Source: TPA_inf: Saccharomyces (taxonomy: Eukaryota). Taken from it: a stretch of DNA of 64,000 nt. Location: assembly GCA_000146045.2 (NCBI GenBank), contig BK006938.2:480001-544000 (forward strand), given 5' to 3'. The stretch's first letter is position 1; every line of letters starts with the position of its first letter. The translations under genes were made by a program, and so were the position numbers. Shown piece by piece: positions 45,440 to 58,197 of the stretch. The notes under the pieces are model-generated. The model did not search any database. It worked only from the letters and a program-made list of their open reading frames with translations, and was not told where the DNA came from.

Positions 45440-47215
45440 ATGTCTCAACAAGATAATGTCAAAGCCGCCGCTGAAGGTGTTGCTAACCTACATCTCGACG
45501 AAGCTACCGGGGAAATGGTCTCCAAGTCTGAATTGAAGAAGCGTATCAAGCAAAGACAAGTCGAAGCTAAAAAGGCCGCCAAAAAGGCTGCCGCTCAACC
45601 AAAACCGGCTTCCAAAAAAAAAACAGATTTGTTCGCTGACCTGGATCCATCGCAATATTTCGAAACAAGATCTCGCCAAATTCAAGAATTGAGAAAGACT
45701 CACGAACCAAATCCATACCCACACAAGTTTCACGTTTCTATATCCAATCCTGAGTTCTTGGCCAAATATGCGCATTTGAAAAAAGGTGAAACCTTACCTG
45801 AAGAGAAGGTTTCAATTGCTGGTAGAATTCATGCCAAAAGAGAATCTGGCTCCAAATTGAAATTCTATGTTCTTCACGGTGATGGTGTTGAAGTTCAATT
45901 GATGTCCCAATTGCAGGACTACTGCGACCCAGACTCTTACGAAAAGGATCACGACCTTTTGAAAAGGGGTGATATCGTTGGTGTCGAGGGTTACGTCGGA
46001 AGAACTCAACCAAAGAAAGGTGGTGAAGGTGAAGTTTCCGTCTTCGTTAGCAGAGTGCAATTATTGACACCATGTTTGCACATGTTACCTGCCGACCACT
46101 TTGGTTTCAAAGACCAGGAAACCAGATACAGAAAGCGTTATTTGGATTTGATCATGAACAAAGACGCCAGAAACCGTTTTATTACCCGTTCTGAAATTAT
46201 CCGTTACATCAGAAGATTTTTGGACCAAAGAAAGTTTATTGAAGTAGAAACTCCAATGATGAACGTTATTGCTGGTGGTGCTACCGCTAAGCCATTTATT
46301 ACCCACCATAATGACCTTGATATGGACATGTACATGAGAATTGCTCCAGAATTGTTCTTGAAACAATTGGTTGTCGGTGGTTTGGATCGTGTTTACGAAA
46401 TTGGTAGACAATTCAGAAATGAAGGTATCGATATGACACATAATCCAGAATTCACCACTTGTGAGTTTTATCAAGCCTACGCTGATGTTTATGATTTGAT
46501 GGATATGACTGAATTGATGTTTTCAGAAATGGTCAAGGAGATCACTGGTTCTTATATTATCAAATACCATCCGGACCCTGCTGATCCAGCCAAAGAACTA
46601 GAATTGAACTTTTCTAGACCATGGAAGAGAATCAACATGATTGAAGAATTAGAAAAGGTATTCAACGTTAAGTTCCCATCTGGTGATCAATTACATACAG
46701 CTGAGACTGGTGAATTTTTGAAAAAGATTCTTGTCGACAACAAATTAGAATGTCCACCTCCACTAACTAATGCTCGTATGTTAGATAAGCTTGTCGGTGA
46801 ATTAGAAGATACATGTATCAACCCAACTTTCATTTTTGGCCACCCTCAAATGATGTCTCCATTAGCCAAGTACTCAAGAGATCAACCGGGTCTATGTGAG
46901 CGTTTCGAGGTCTTTGTAGCTACAAAGGAAATTTGTAATGCCTACACTGAATTGAACGATCCATTTGACCAAAGGGCACGTTTCGAAGAACAAGCTAGAC
47001 AAAAGGATCAAGGTGATGACGAAGCTCAATTAGTCGATGAAACCTTCTGTAATGCTCTAGAATACGGTTTACCACCAACTGGTGGTTGGGGTTGTGGTAT
47101 TGATAGACTGGCCATGTTCTTGACCGACTCCAACACCATTAGAGAAGTCTTATTGTTCCCAACTTTGAAGCCTGATGTTTTGAGAGAGGAAGTCAAAAAG
47201 GAAGAAGAAAATTAA
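45440..47215 (+). CDS. KRS1: Cytosolic lysyl-tRNA synthetase, 591 aa
   Basis: Track ORF starts at TTG 45392; true ATG at 45440 ([21 protein letters not shown]...); class IIb aaRS, Lys-rich N-terminal extension. Confidence 0.93.
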
Positions 47216-47421
47216 GCTAAAAGATATTAGAACATATTGTATAATGTAAGTATTATTATTCTAAGATAGAGCTTGAATATGAAAACTCATTACCTAAATT
47301 TGTTTATGTTCGGTAGCCCTAAAGGAGCTTAATTAAAAATAAAAAAATCTAAACTATTACGTAAGGGGGAGAAGGGATAAGGGATGCAAAAGGAAAGGCA
47401 CTCAATAAATTGCCCTCCTTA

Positions 47422-50400
47422 TTAATGCTTGACACTGATATTAATTTCGCTTTGAAGGGTTGTGGATGTGCTATACGCTTCAAATGGATCGTGTTTACTG
47501 CTTCGCTCCAAATCGTTTTCCGAATTGTGAGCTCTCTGAGTTTTGAAATAGCGCCTCTTTCCACACTTGTAAAGTTCAGCACCTATCCAGAATGCAATTG
47601 TGAATGCAATGGCGAGACCCCATTCAGCACCAATTGGTTTATGCAAAAACACTTTATCATTAATAACCGGAATATAGACGACGGGGAAGGCTGACACAAA
47701 TCCAAAAATGATTGACCAGAACAAAAACTGGTTTCCCCAAATACTTCTGAAAAATTCCTTGACTGGGCTGTCAGTGTCTGGATGCATTCTGAAAAAAGAT
47801 CTTCTCATGTCAACCACTTCCCAAGCCAGAATCAAAGCGCACCACGTCATAGTTGCGAAAGCCGCAGAACGTGATCTATAAACATCACGACAACTGCTGT
47901 TATAGGTGCCATCACAATCGTGCCCCAATCTACCACTATTTATTCCATACAGTGATCCAGTAAATGAAGCCATACAGGACCCTGTCATTATAATCCCATA
48001 TGCAAATGTATCTATAATAACCTCCCATGTGAAAATACCAACCTCTGAATCATTAGGAGGTCTATCCATCAAATCTGGAGCAGCCTTTTCTAGACCTAGC
48101 CCCATAGCAGGAAAACAAGAGGTGACGACAATAATCCACAATACTTCCACTGGTGATAAGGGAAATACTGATTTTCCGTTCTCATCTCTGAATACTAAAC
48201 CAATGATCAAATACAAAGCCTGAGCAACATTTTCTGCCAATAATTGTAGGACAAACTTCTGAATGTTATCCGTCATCCTACGACCTTCTTCGACAGCATT
48301 CAAAATAGAAGCAAAATTGTCATCGCTTAGAACAATATCAGACGCTTCTTTGGAAACATCTGAACCATTAATACCCATTGCAATACCAACATTGGCCATT
48401 TTTAGAGATGGAGAATCGTTAACACCGTCACCTGTCATTGCGCAGAACTTCTTCCTACGGTGTAAAGCTTCGATCATTCTCACCTTAGTCTGCGGAGAGC
48501 AACGTGCAATAACTAAAGGTAAGACGGGCAAATCGTCCACTTCCTCCTCACTTAGTCCGTCAAACTGAGATCCGGTCATGACCATACTGTCAACAATCTC
48601 TTGGGAGTAATGGTACAAATTGGTGGGTAAGATGCCAACCTCCTGAGCGATAGCCTTTGCTGTACCCACAAAGTCCCCAGTTAACATATGAACGTTAATA
48701 CCAGCTTGGTGAAACTTCTTGACTGCACCGGCAGTCTCATTTCTGGGTGGATCGTAAATACCAATCAACCCTAGGAAAACTAAATCACTTTCTGCGGTGG
48801 CCCTGTTTGAAGTAATGTTTTTCAATTGATCGTCATTCACTTGATCTTTAGTGAAAGATTTGGAGGCAAAACCCAAGACTCTTAAACCCTCATTTGATAG
48901 ACTGTAAACATTTTTCCTTATCGTTTCGACATCACAATCGGTCAATGGTGTGATTTTTACACCATCCTTACCATACCAAGAACTGCAACAACTGATGATG
49001 CTTTCGAAAGCACCCTTGCCATAAATATTATATGTTTCGTTGTGATTGTTGTAGTAGACAGATGACATTCGCTTCACAGTTGAGTCGAATGGGAATTCAG
49101 CAATATGTTCGAATTGTGCACTGCCAGGCTTCTCATTGTGTTGTGAAAGAGAGGATTGGTCATTCTCATTACTTTGATTAGTCGATTTCTCACCGGTAAG
49201 GGCATTGTGAGGCAAGTCCATCTTAGTAGCAAACACTTGAATCGCAATTTCTGTTGGGTCACCATGAGCTTTCCAACAGTCAGTTGCGTCATCTTTGAAA
49301 ACAGTAGCAATGTTAGCCAAAGTGGCGGTTTCGAGCCATTTTTGAAATAGATCCATGTCAATATCTTCTGGTAAATCTTTTTCGTATAGGCGATCCTTGA
49401 AATTCTGGAGAATACCAACGTCACCATCCTCATTATGAGAATATTCGTAAGGTGAAAACCTTGGAATCAAACTCACGTTGCCCTCATTGGGATTAAAGGG
49501 GTCATCAGAATTCGAGATAGTTATGGTACCAAAGCGAGGGATCCAAATTTGCCTCGCTAACATTTTACCCTGTGTAAGAGTACCGGTCTTGTCAGAACAG
49601 ATATCGTTAACGGCACCTAAAGCTTCCAGAGAATCTAATTTTCTTACAATAACGTTTCTAGAAACCATAACAGCAGCCCCAACAGACATGGTGATGGTCA
49701 AGACAACGACTAATGAAGAGGGAATCATGGATAGGGCCACACAAATGGCATAGATAGCTACCCTTTTATCTACGTCAAACTTTTGAGAGGCCATGACGAT
49801 GATAGCAAAAAGTACGGCAATCCAGAAAAGCAATACCGCCAACTTAGACAGTTTCCTGTGCAGGGGCGTACCGACATTTGTACCTAAAAATGCACCAGTA
49901 ACTTTCTTTGTAGATATCCATGTATTCTGTAACCACGACTTACTAGGATCGCGGGAAATGAGACCTGAATCACCTTGTAGAGATTTTGCAATTTTACCAA
50001 TTTCACTATTCAAAGCTGTCTTGATGACAATACCCTTGGCTCTTCCCTTGACAACGGCGGATGAAGAAAATGCTAAATTCAAACGATCACCCACGGAGGT
50101 TTCTTCTTCTTTTCCAAACACTAAGTTGGCGTCTTTGGAGACAGGCAAAGATTCACCGGTCAGTAGTGATTCATCAGTATCAAAATTCTTAGTTTCAATT
50201 AAACGCAAATCAGCAGGAATAGTATCACCGACCTTCACCAGACAAATATCACCTGGAACCACATCTTTTGAGTTTATAGTCTCACTTTTCCCGTTCCTAA
50301 TAACATGAGCATTGGGAGAGCTCAAGTTTTTCAAAGAGTTCATTGTCTTGGTAGCCTTATATTCTTGAACTAGGCCAATGAGCACATTGACCGCGATAAC

Positions 50401-50697
50401 AAAAGAAATAACGCCACCAGTAATCCAGTCGCGCACAGCGAAAGAGATCGCCATGGATATTACCAAGACCATAATCATTGCATTACATACCTGATGGAGG
50501 ACCATTGCTTTATAGTCAATTTTGGTATCATCACCCAATGTGTTCTCTCCCACTGCTTTCAGTCTGCGGAGGGACTCATCTTGAGTAAGACCTTCAGTCA
50601 GACTTGTGCCTATAAATTCAGCGGCTTCTTCTGTAGTCAATGTGTGATAAGCATTGAATTCTTCATTATTGTTTTCTTTGACAGTTCCCTCGCTCAT
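47422..50697 (-). CDS. ENA5: P-type (type IID) Na+/Li+ efflux ATPase, 1091 aa; first unit of the tandem array, with a diverged C-terminus
   Basis: ATG confirmed (CAT 50695-50697); DKTGTLT phosphorylation motif, TGDFVGTA, GDGVNDSP; C-terminal ...AHNSENDLERSSKHDPFEAYSTSTTLQSEINISVKH differs from the other two copies. Confidence 0.9.
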   Translation of the reverse strand: MSEGTVKENNNEEFNAYHTLTTEEAAEFIGTSLTEGLTQDESLRRLKAVGENTLGDDTKIDYKAMVLHQVCNAMIMVLVISMAISFAVRDWITGGVISFVIAVNVLIGLVQEYKATKTMNSLKNLSSPNAHVIRNGKSETINSKDVVPGDICLVKVGDTIPADLRLIETKNFDTDESLLTGESLPVSKDANLVFGKEEETSVGDRLNLAFSSSAVVKGRAKGIVIKTALNSEIGKIAKSLQGDSGLISRDPSKSWLQNTWISTKKVTGAFLGTNVGTPLHRKLSKLAVLLFWIAVLFAIIVMASQKFDVDKRVAIYAICVALSMIPSSLVVVLTITMSVGAAVMVSRNVIVRKLDSLEALGAVNDICSDKTGTLTQGKMLARQIWIPRFGTITISNSDDPFNPNEGNVSLIPRFSPYEYSHNEDGDVGILQNFKDRLYEKDLPEDIDMDLFQKWLETATLANIATVFKDDATDCWKAHGDPTEIAIQVFATKMDLPHNALTGEKSTNQSNENDQSSLSQHNEKPGSAQFEHIAEFPFDSTVKRMSSVYYNNHNETYNIYGKGAFESIISCCSSWYGKDGVKITPLTDCDVETIRKNVYSLSNEGLRVLGFASKSFTKDQVNDDQLKNITSNRATAESDLVFLGLIGIYDPPRNETAGAVKKFHQAGINVHMLTGDFVGTAKAIAQEVGILPTNLYHYSQEIVDSMVMTGSQFDGLSEEEVDDLPVLPLVIARCSPQTKVRMIEALHRRKKFCAMTGDGVNDSPSLKMANVGIAMGINGSDVSKEASDIVLSDDNFASILNAVEEGRRMTDNIQKFVLQLLAENVAQALYLIIGLVFRDENGKSVFPLSPVEVLWIIVVTSCFPAMGLGLEKAAPDLMDRPPNDSEVGIFTWEVIIDTFAYGIIMTGSCMASFTGSLYGINSGRLGHDCDGTYNSSCRDVYRSRSAAFATMTWCALILAWEVVDMRRSFFRMHPDTDSPVKEFFRSIWGNQFLFWSIIFGFVSAFPVVYIPVINDKVFLHKPIGAEWGLAIAFTIAFWIGAELYKCGKRRYFKTQRAHNSENDLERSSKHDPFEAYSTSTTLQSEINISVKH

Positions 50698-53600
50698 CGA
50701 AAATTTTCAATTATGTGTACAAAGATTTTTCCTCAGTGAGTACATACGTTATCTGATAAGCAAAATACGAATATGAATAACGTTGATTTGGTTAACGTAT
50801 TCTCGATGTAAAGGATGAAGGAAAATAAAATTCTTTCCTCTTTCTTTGCCTCGAGAGATAATATGGAGATTTAAAGAAGAAAACATCAGCCTCACAATTA
50901 CACCGCGCGGTGATATAAGGATTTTGATAAAAGAATATATGTGAGTTGAATTTGAACGTCCTGGAAGGAAAAGTCTTGACGAAATAAACGCATTAATTTT
51001 CTAATTCTACAAGAATTTAACTAATCCTGTATTGAAATTCATAATTTTAGTTAAGAACCCTGTCATACGCGTAACGTAACTGTATCTGTTTCATGATTTA
51101 CAACGGCAGCAATAAGAGTATAGCAGTAGTATTCCTCTAAGACATATTTGAACTAGAAAACATACTATTTAGGCTTGTTTATGTTCAGAACCTGTGAAAA
51201 GTTCGTTTATAGTAAATAAAAAAACAAATAACAAAATAAATGTAAATATCTAAATATATGAAATGAATAAGGAAAAAGATAGGGAGCACTTAATAGGCCC
51301 TGCCTATCATTGTTTAATACCAATATTAACTTCTGTATGGATTGTAGTAGAAGTACTATACGCTTCGAATGGATCGCGCTTATTGTTACTCTCCAAATCA
51401 TTCTCCGGGTTGTGCGCTCTCTGAGTTTTGAAATAGCGCCTCTTTCCACACTTGTAAAGTTCAGCACCTATCCAGAATGCAATTGTGAATGCAATGGCGA
51501 GACCCCATTCAGCACCAATTGGTTTATGCAAAAACACTTTATCATTAATAACCGGAATATAGACGACGGGGAAGGCTGACACAAATCCAAAAATGATTGA
51601 CCAGAACAAAAACTGGTTTCCCCAAATACTTCTGAAAAATTCCTTGACTGGGCTGTCAGTGTCTGGATGCATTCTGAAAAAGGATCTTCTCATGTCAACC
51701 ACTTCCCAAGCCAGAATCAAAGCGCACCACGTCATGGTTGCGAAAGCCGCAGAACGTGATCTATAAACATCACGACAACTGCTGTTATAGGTGCCATCAC
51801 AATCGTGCCCCAATCTACCACTATTTATTCCATACAGTGATCCAGTAAATGAAGCCATACAGGACCCTGTCATTATAATCCCATATGCAAATGTATCTAT
51901 AATAACCTCCCACGTGAAAATACCAACCTCTGAATCATGAGGAGGTCTATCCATCAAATCTGGAGCAGCCTTTTCTAGACCTAGCCCCATAGCAGGAAAA
52001 CAAGAGGTGACGACAATAATCCACAATACTTCCACTGGTGATAAGGGAAATACTGATTTTCCGTTCTCATCTCTGAATACTAAACCAATGATCAAATACA
52101 AAGCCTGAGCAACATTTTCTGCCAATAATTGTAGGACAAACTTCTGAATGTTATCCGTCATCCTACGACCTTCTTCGACAGCATTCAAAATAGAAGCAAA
52201 ATTGTCATCGCTTAGAACAATATCAGACGCTTCTTTGGAAACATCTGAACCATTAATACCCATTGCAATACCAACATTGGCCATTTTTAGAGATGGAGAA
52301 TCGTTAACACCGTCACCTGTCATTGCGCAGAACTTCTTCCTACGGTGTAAAGCTTCGATCATTCTCACCTTAGTCTGCGGAGAGCAACGTGCAATAACTA
52401 AAGGTAAGACGGGCAAATCGTCCACTTCCTCCTCACTTAGTCCGTCAAACTGAGATCCGGTCATGACCATACTGTCAACAATCTCTTGGGAGTAATGGTA
52501 CAAATTGGTGGGTAAGATGCCAACCTCCTGAGCGATAGCCTTTGCTGTACCCACAAAGTCCCCAGTTAACATATGAACGTTAATACCAGCTTGGTGAAAC
52601 TTCTTGACTGCACCGGCAGTCTCATTTCTGGGTGGATCGTAAATACCAATCAACCCTAGGAAAACTAAATCACTTTCTGCGGTGGCCCTGTTTGAAGTAA
52701 TGTTTTTCAATTGATCGTCATTCACTTGATCTTTAGTGAAAGATTTGGAGGCAAAACCCAAGACTCTTAAACCCTCATTTGATAGACTGTAAACATTTTT
52801 CCTTATCGTTTCGACATCACAATCGGTCAATGGTGTGATTTTTACACCATCCTTACCATACCAAGAACTGCAACAACTGATGATGCTTTCGAAAGCACCC
52901 TTGCCATAAATATTATATGTTTCGTTGTGATTGTTGTAGTAGACAGATGACATTCGCTTCACAGTTGAGTCGAATGGGAATTCAGCAATATGTTCGAATT
53001 GTGCACTGCCAGGCTTCTCATTGTGTTGTGAAAGAGAGGATTGGTCATTCTCATTACTTTGATTAGTCGATTTCTCACCGGTAAGGGCATTGTGAGGCAA
53101 GTCCATCTTAGTAGCAAACACTTGAATCGCAATTTCTGTTGGGTCACCATGAGCTTTCCAACAGTCAGTTGCGTCATCTTTGAAAACAGTAGCAATGTTA
53201 GCCAAAGTGGCGGTTTCGAGCCATTTTTGAAATAGATCCATGTCAATATCTTCTGGTAAATCTTTTTCGTATAGGCGATCCTTGAAATTCTGGAGAATAC
53301 CAACGTCACCATCCTCATTATGAGAATATTCGTAAGGTGAAAACCTTGGAATCAAACTCACGTTGCCCTCATTGGGATTAAAGGGGTCATCAGAATTCGA
53401 GATAGTTATGGTACCAAAGCGAGGGATCCAAATTTGCCTCGCTAACATTTTACCCTGTGTAAGAGTACCGGTCTTGTCAGAACAGATATCGTTAACGGCA
53501 CCTAAAGCTTCCAGAGAATCTAATTTTCTTACAATAACGTTTCTAGAAACCATAACAGCAGCCCCAACAGACATGGTGATGGTCAAGACAACGACTAATG

Positions 53601-56600
53601 AAGAGGGAATCATGGATAGGGCCACACAAATGGCATAGATAGCTACCCTTTTATCTACGTCAAACTTTTGAGAGGCCATGACGATGATAGCAAAAAGTAC
53701 GGCAATCCAGAAAAGCAATACCGCCAACTTAGACAGTTTCCTGTGCAGGGGCGTACCGACATTTGTACCTAAAAATGCACCAGTAACTTTCTTTGTAGAT
53801 ATCCATGTATTCTGTAACCACGACTTACTAGGATCGCGGGAAATGAGACCTGAATCACCTTGTAGAGATTTTGCAATTTTACCAATTTCACTATTCAAAG
53901 CTGTCTTGATGACAATACCCTTGGCTCTTCCCTTGACAACGGCGGATGAAGAAAATGCTAAATTCAAACGATCACCCACGGAGGTTTCTTCTTCTTTTCC
54001 AAACACTAAGTTGGCGTCTTTGGAGACAGGCAAAGATTCACCGGTCAGTAGTGATTCATCAGTATCAAAATTCTTAGTTTCAATTAAACGCAAATCAGCA
54101 GGAATAGTATCACCGACCTTCACCAGACAAATATCACCTGGAACCACATCTTTTGAGTTTATAGTCTCACTTTTCCCGTTCCTAATAACATGAGCATTGG
54201 GAGAGCTCAAGTTTTTCAAAGAGTTCATTGTCTTGGTAGCCTTATATTCTTGAACTAGGCCAATGAGCACATTGACCGCGATAACAAAAGAAATAACGCC
54301 ACCAGTAATCCAGTCGCGCACAGCGAAAGAGATCGCCATGGATATTACCAAGACCATAATCATTGCATTACATACCTGATGGAGGACCATTGCTTTATAG
54401 TCAATTTTGGTATCATCACCCAATGTGTTCTCTCCCACTGCTTTCAGTCTGCGGAGGGACTCATCTTGAGTAAGACCTTCAGTCAGACTTGTGCCTATAA
54501 ATTCAGCGGCTTCTTCTGTAGTCAATGTGTGATAAGCATTGAATTCTTCATTATTGTTTTCTTTGACAGTTCCCTCGCTCATCGAAAATTTTCAATTATG
54601 TGTACAAAGATTTTTCCTCAGTGAGTACATACGTTATCTGATAAGCAAAATACGAATATGAATAACGTTGATTTGGTTAACGTATTCTCGATGTAAAGGA
54701 TGAAGGAAAATAAAATTCTTTCCTCTTTCTTTGCCTCGAGAGATAATATGGAGATTTAAAGAAGAAAACATCAGCCTCACAATTACACCGCGCGGTGATA
54801 TAAGGATTTTGATAAAAGAATATATGTGAGTTGAATTTGAACGTCCTGGAAGGAAAAGTCTTGACGAAATAAACGCATTAATTTTCTAATTCTACAAGAA
54901 TTTAACTAATCCTGTATTGAAATTCATAATTTTAGTTAAGAACCCTGTCATACGCGTAACGTAACTGTATCTGTTTCATGATTTACAACGGCAGCAATAA
55001 GAGTATAGCAGTAGTATTCCTCTAAGACATATTTGAACTAGAAAACATACTATTTAGGCTTGTTTATGTTCAGAACCTGTGAAAAGTTCGTTTATAGTAA
55101 ATAAAAAAACAAATAACAAAATAAATGTAAATATCTAAATATATGAAATGAATAAGGAAAAAGATAGGGAGCACTTAATAGGCCCTGCCTATCATTGTTT
55201 AATACCAATATTAACTTCTGTATGGATTGTAGTAGAAGTACTATACGCTTCGAATGGATCGCGCTTATTGTTACTCTCCAAATCATTCTCCGGGTTGTGC
55301 GCTCTCTGAGTTTTGAAATAGCGCCTCTTTCCACACTTGTAAAGTTCAGCACCTATCCAGAATGCAATTGTGAATGCAATGGCGAGACCCCATTCAGCAC
55401 CAATTGGTTTATGCAAAAACACTTTATCATTAATAACCGGAATATAGACGACGGGGAAGGCTGACACAAATCCAAAAATGATTGACCAGAACAAAAACTG
55501 GTTTCCCCAAATGCTTCTGAAAAATTCCTTGACTGGGCTGTCAGTGTCTGGATGCATTCTGAAAAAGGATCTTCTCATGTCAACCACTTCCCAAGCCAGA
55601 ATCAAAGCGCACCACGTCATGGTTGCGAAAGCCGCAGAACGTGATCTATAAACATCACGACAACTGCTGTTATAGGTGCCATCACAATCGTGCCCCAATC
55701 TACCACTATTTATTCCATACAGTGATCCAGTAAATGAAGCCATACAGGACCCTGTCATTATAATCCCATATGCAAATGTATCTATAATAACCTCCCACGT
55801 GAAAATACCAACCTCTGAATCATGAGGAGGTCTATCCATCAAATCTGGAGCAGCCTTTTCTAGACCTAGCCCCATAGCAGGAAAACAAGAGGTGACGACA
55901 ATAATCCACAATACTTCCACTGGTGATAAGGGAAATACTGATTTTCCGTTCTCATCTCTGAATACTAAACCAATGATCAAATACAAAGCCTGAGCAACAT
56001 TTTCTGCCAATAATTGTAGGACAAACTTCTGAATGTTATCCGTCATCCTACGACCTTCTTCGACAGCATTCAAAATAGAAGCAAAATTGTCATCGCTTAG
56101 AACAATATCAGACGCTTCTTTGGAAACATCTGAACCATTAATACCCATTGCAATACCAACATTGGCCATTTTTAGAGATGGAGAATCGTTAACACCGTCA
56201 CCTGTCATTGTGCAGAACTTCTTCCTACGGTGTAAAGCTTCGATCATTCTCACCTTAGTCTGCGGAGAGCAACGTGCAATAACTAAAGGTAAGACGGGCA
56301 AATCGTCCACTTCCTCCTCACTTAGTCCGTCAAACTGAGATCCGGTCATGACCATACTGTCAACAATCTCTTGGGAGTAATGGTACAAATTGGTGGGTAA
56401 GATGCCAACCTCCTGAGCGATAGCCTTTGCTGTACCCACAAAGTCCCCAGTTAACATATGAACGTTAATACCAGCTTGGTGAAACTTCTTGACTGCACCG
56501 GCAGTCTCATTTCTGGGTGGATCGTAAATACCAATCAACCCTAGGAAAACTAAATCACTTTCTGCGGTGGCCCTGTTTGAAGTAATGTTTTTCAATTGAT

Positions 56601-58197
56601 CGTCATTCACTTGATCTTTAGTGAAAGATTTGGAGGCAAAACCCAAGACTCTTAAACCCTCATTTGATAGACTGTAAACATTTTTCCTTATCGTTTCGAC
56701 ATCACAATCGGTCAATGGTGTGATTTTTACACCATCCTTACCATACCAAGAACTGCAACAACTGATGATGCTTTCGAAAGCACCCTTGCCATAAATATTA
56801 TATGTTTCGTTGTGATTGTTGTAGTAGACAGATGACATTCGCTTCACAGTTGAGTCGAATGGGAATTCAGCAATATGTTCGAATTGTGCACTGCCAGGCT
56901 TCTCATTGTGTTGTGAAAGAGAGGATTGGTCATTCTCATTACTTTGATTAGTCGATTTCTCACCGGTAAGGGCATTGTGAGGCAAGTCCATCTTAGTAGC
57001 AAACACTTGAATCGCAATTTCTGTTGGGTCACCATGAGCTTTCCAACAGTCAGTTGCGTCATCTTTGAAAACAGTAGCAATGTTAGCCAAAGTGGCGGTT
57101 TCGAGCCATTTTTGAAATAGATCCATGTCAATATCTTCTGGTAAATCTTTTTCGTATAGGCGATCCTTGAAATTCTGGAGAATACCAACGTCACCATCCT
57201 CATTATGAGAATATTCGTAAGGTGAAAACCTTGGAATCAAACTCACGTTGCCCTCATTGGGATTAAAGGGGTCATCAGAATTCGAGATAGTTATGGTACC
57301 AAAGCGAGGGATCCAAATTTGCCTCGCTAACATTTTACCCTGTGTAAGAGTACCGGTCTTGTCAGAACAGATATCGTTAACGGCACCTAAAGCTTCCAGA
57401 GAATCTAATTTTCTTACAATAACGTTTCTAGAAACCATAACAGCAGCCCCAACAGACATGGTGATGGTCAAGACAACGACTAATGAAGAGGGAATCATGG
57501 ATAGGGCCACACAAATGGCATAGATAGCTACCCTTTTATCTACGTCAAACTTTTGAGAGGCCATGACGATGATAGCAAAAAGTACGGCAATCCAGAAAAG
57601 CAATACCGCCAACTTAGACAGTTTCCTGTGCAGGGGCGTACCGACATTTGTACCTAAAAATGCACCAGTAACTTTCTTTGTAGATATCCATGTATTCTGT
57701 AACCACGACTTACTAGGATCGCGGGAAATGAGACCTGAATCACCTTGTAGAGATTTTGCAATTTTACCAATTTCACTATTCAAAGCTGTCTTGATGACAA
57801 TACCCTTGGCTCTTCCCTTGACAACGGCGGATGAAGAAAATGCTAAATTCAAACGATCACCCACGGAGGTTTCTTCTTCTTTTCCAAACACTAAGTTGGC
57901 GTCTTTGGAGACAGGCAAAGATTCACCGGTCAGTAGTGATTCATCAGTATCAAAATTCTTAGTTTCAATTAAACGCAAATCAGCAGGAATAGTATCACCG
58001 ACCTTCACCAGACAAATATCACCTGGAACCACATCTTTTGAGTTTATAGTCTCACTTTTCCCGTTCCTAATAACATGAGCATTGGGAGAGCTCAAGTTTT
58101 TCAAAGAGTTCATTGTCTTGGTAGCCTTATATTCTTGAACTAGGCCAATGAGCACATTGACCGCGATAACAAAAGAAATAACGCCACCAGTAATCCA
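47530..58197. repeat. Homogenised block of the ENA tandem array: two complete 3,885-bp direct-repeat units (47530..51414, 51415..55299) plus a partial third (55300..58197)
   Basis: Period 3,885 bp from the ORF spacing (47422, 51307, 55192); the 609-bp spacers 50698..51306 and 54583..55191 are identical; identity decays at both edges. Confidence 0.9.
51307..54582 (-). CDS. ENA2: P-type Na+/Li+ efflux ATPase, 1091 aa; middle unit
   Basis: Identical to the ENA5 copy over about 1,055 codons; shares its C-terminus and downstream flank with ENA1. Confidence 0.9.
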   Translation of the reverse strand: MSEGTVKENNNEEFNAYHTLTTEEAAEFIGTSLTEGLTQDESLRRLKAVGENTLGDDTKIDYKAMVLHQVCNAMIMVLVISMAISFAVRDWITGGVISFVIAVNVLIGLVQEYKATKTMNSLKNLSSPNAHVIRNGKSETINSKDVVPGDICLVKVGDTIPADLRLIETKNFDTDESLLTGESLPVSKDANLVFGKEEETSVGDRLNLAFSSSAVVKGRAKGIVIKTALNSEIGKIAKSLQGDSGLISRDPSKSWLQNTWISTKKVTGAFLGTNVGTPLHRKLSKLAVLLFWIAVLFAIIVMASQKFDVDKRVAIYAICVALSMIPSSLVVVLTITMSVGAAVMVSRNVIVRKLDSLEALGAVNDICSDKTGTLTQGKMLARQIWIPRFGTITISNSDDPFNPNEGNVSLIPRFSPYEYSHNEDGDVGILQNFKDRLYEKDLPEDIDMDLFQKWLETATLANIATVFKDDATDCWKAHGDPTEIAIQVFATKMDLPHNALTGEKSTNQSNENDQSSLSQHNEKPGSAQFEHIAEFPFDSTVKRMSSVYYNNHNETYNIYGKGAFESIISCCSSWYGKDGVKITPLTDCDVETIRKNVYSLSNEGLRVLGFASKSFTKDQVNDDQLKNITSNRATAESDLVFLGLIGIYDPPRNETAGAVKKFHQAGINVHMLTGDFVGTAKAIAQEVGILPTNLYHYSQEIVDSMVMTGSQFDGLSEEEVDDLPVLPLVIARCSPQTKVRMIEALHRRKKFCAMTGDGVNDSPSLKMANVGIAMGINGSDVSKEASDIVLSDDNFASILNAVEEGRRMTDNIQKFVLQLLAENVAQALYLIIGLVFRDENGKSVFPLSPVEVLWIIVVTSCFPAMGLGLEKAAPDLMDRPPHDSEVGIFTWEVIIDTFAYGIIMTGSCMASFTGSLYGINSGRLGHDCDGTYNSSCRDVYRSRSAAFATMTWCALILAWEVVDMRRSFFRMHPDTDSPVKEFFRSIWGNQFLFWSIIFGFVSAFPVVYIPVINDKVFLHKPIGAEWGLAIAFTIAFWIGAELYKCGKRRYFKTQRAHNPENDLESNNKRDPFEAYSTSTTIHTEVNIGIKQ

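Noticed and set aside
47906-58078. Plus-strand ORFs of 64-171 codons that recur three times (e.g. 49793..50308, 53678..54193, 57563..58078; 48263..48568 and its copies)
   Set aside because: They are antisense to the ENA P-type ATPase genes and are repeated only because the underlying DNA is repeated. Composition is low-complexity Ser/Thr-rich, typical of the antisense frame of a coding sequence. No independent coding signal
47530-58197. The ENA tandem repeats as a possible CRISPR-like or satellite array
   Set aside because: Units are 3.9 kb, protein-coding and eukaryotic in context; no short repeat-spacer structure and no cas-like genes (this is a yeast nuclear locus)
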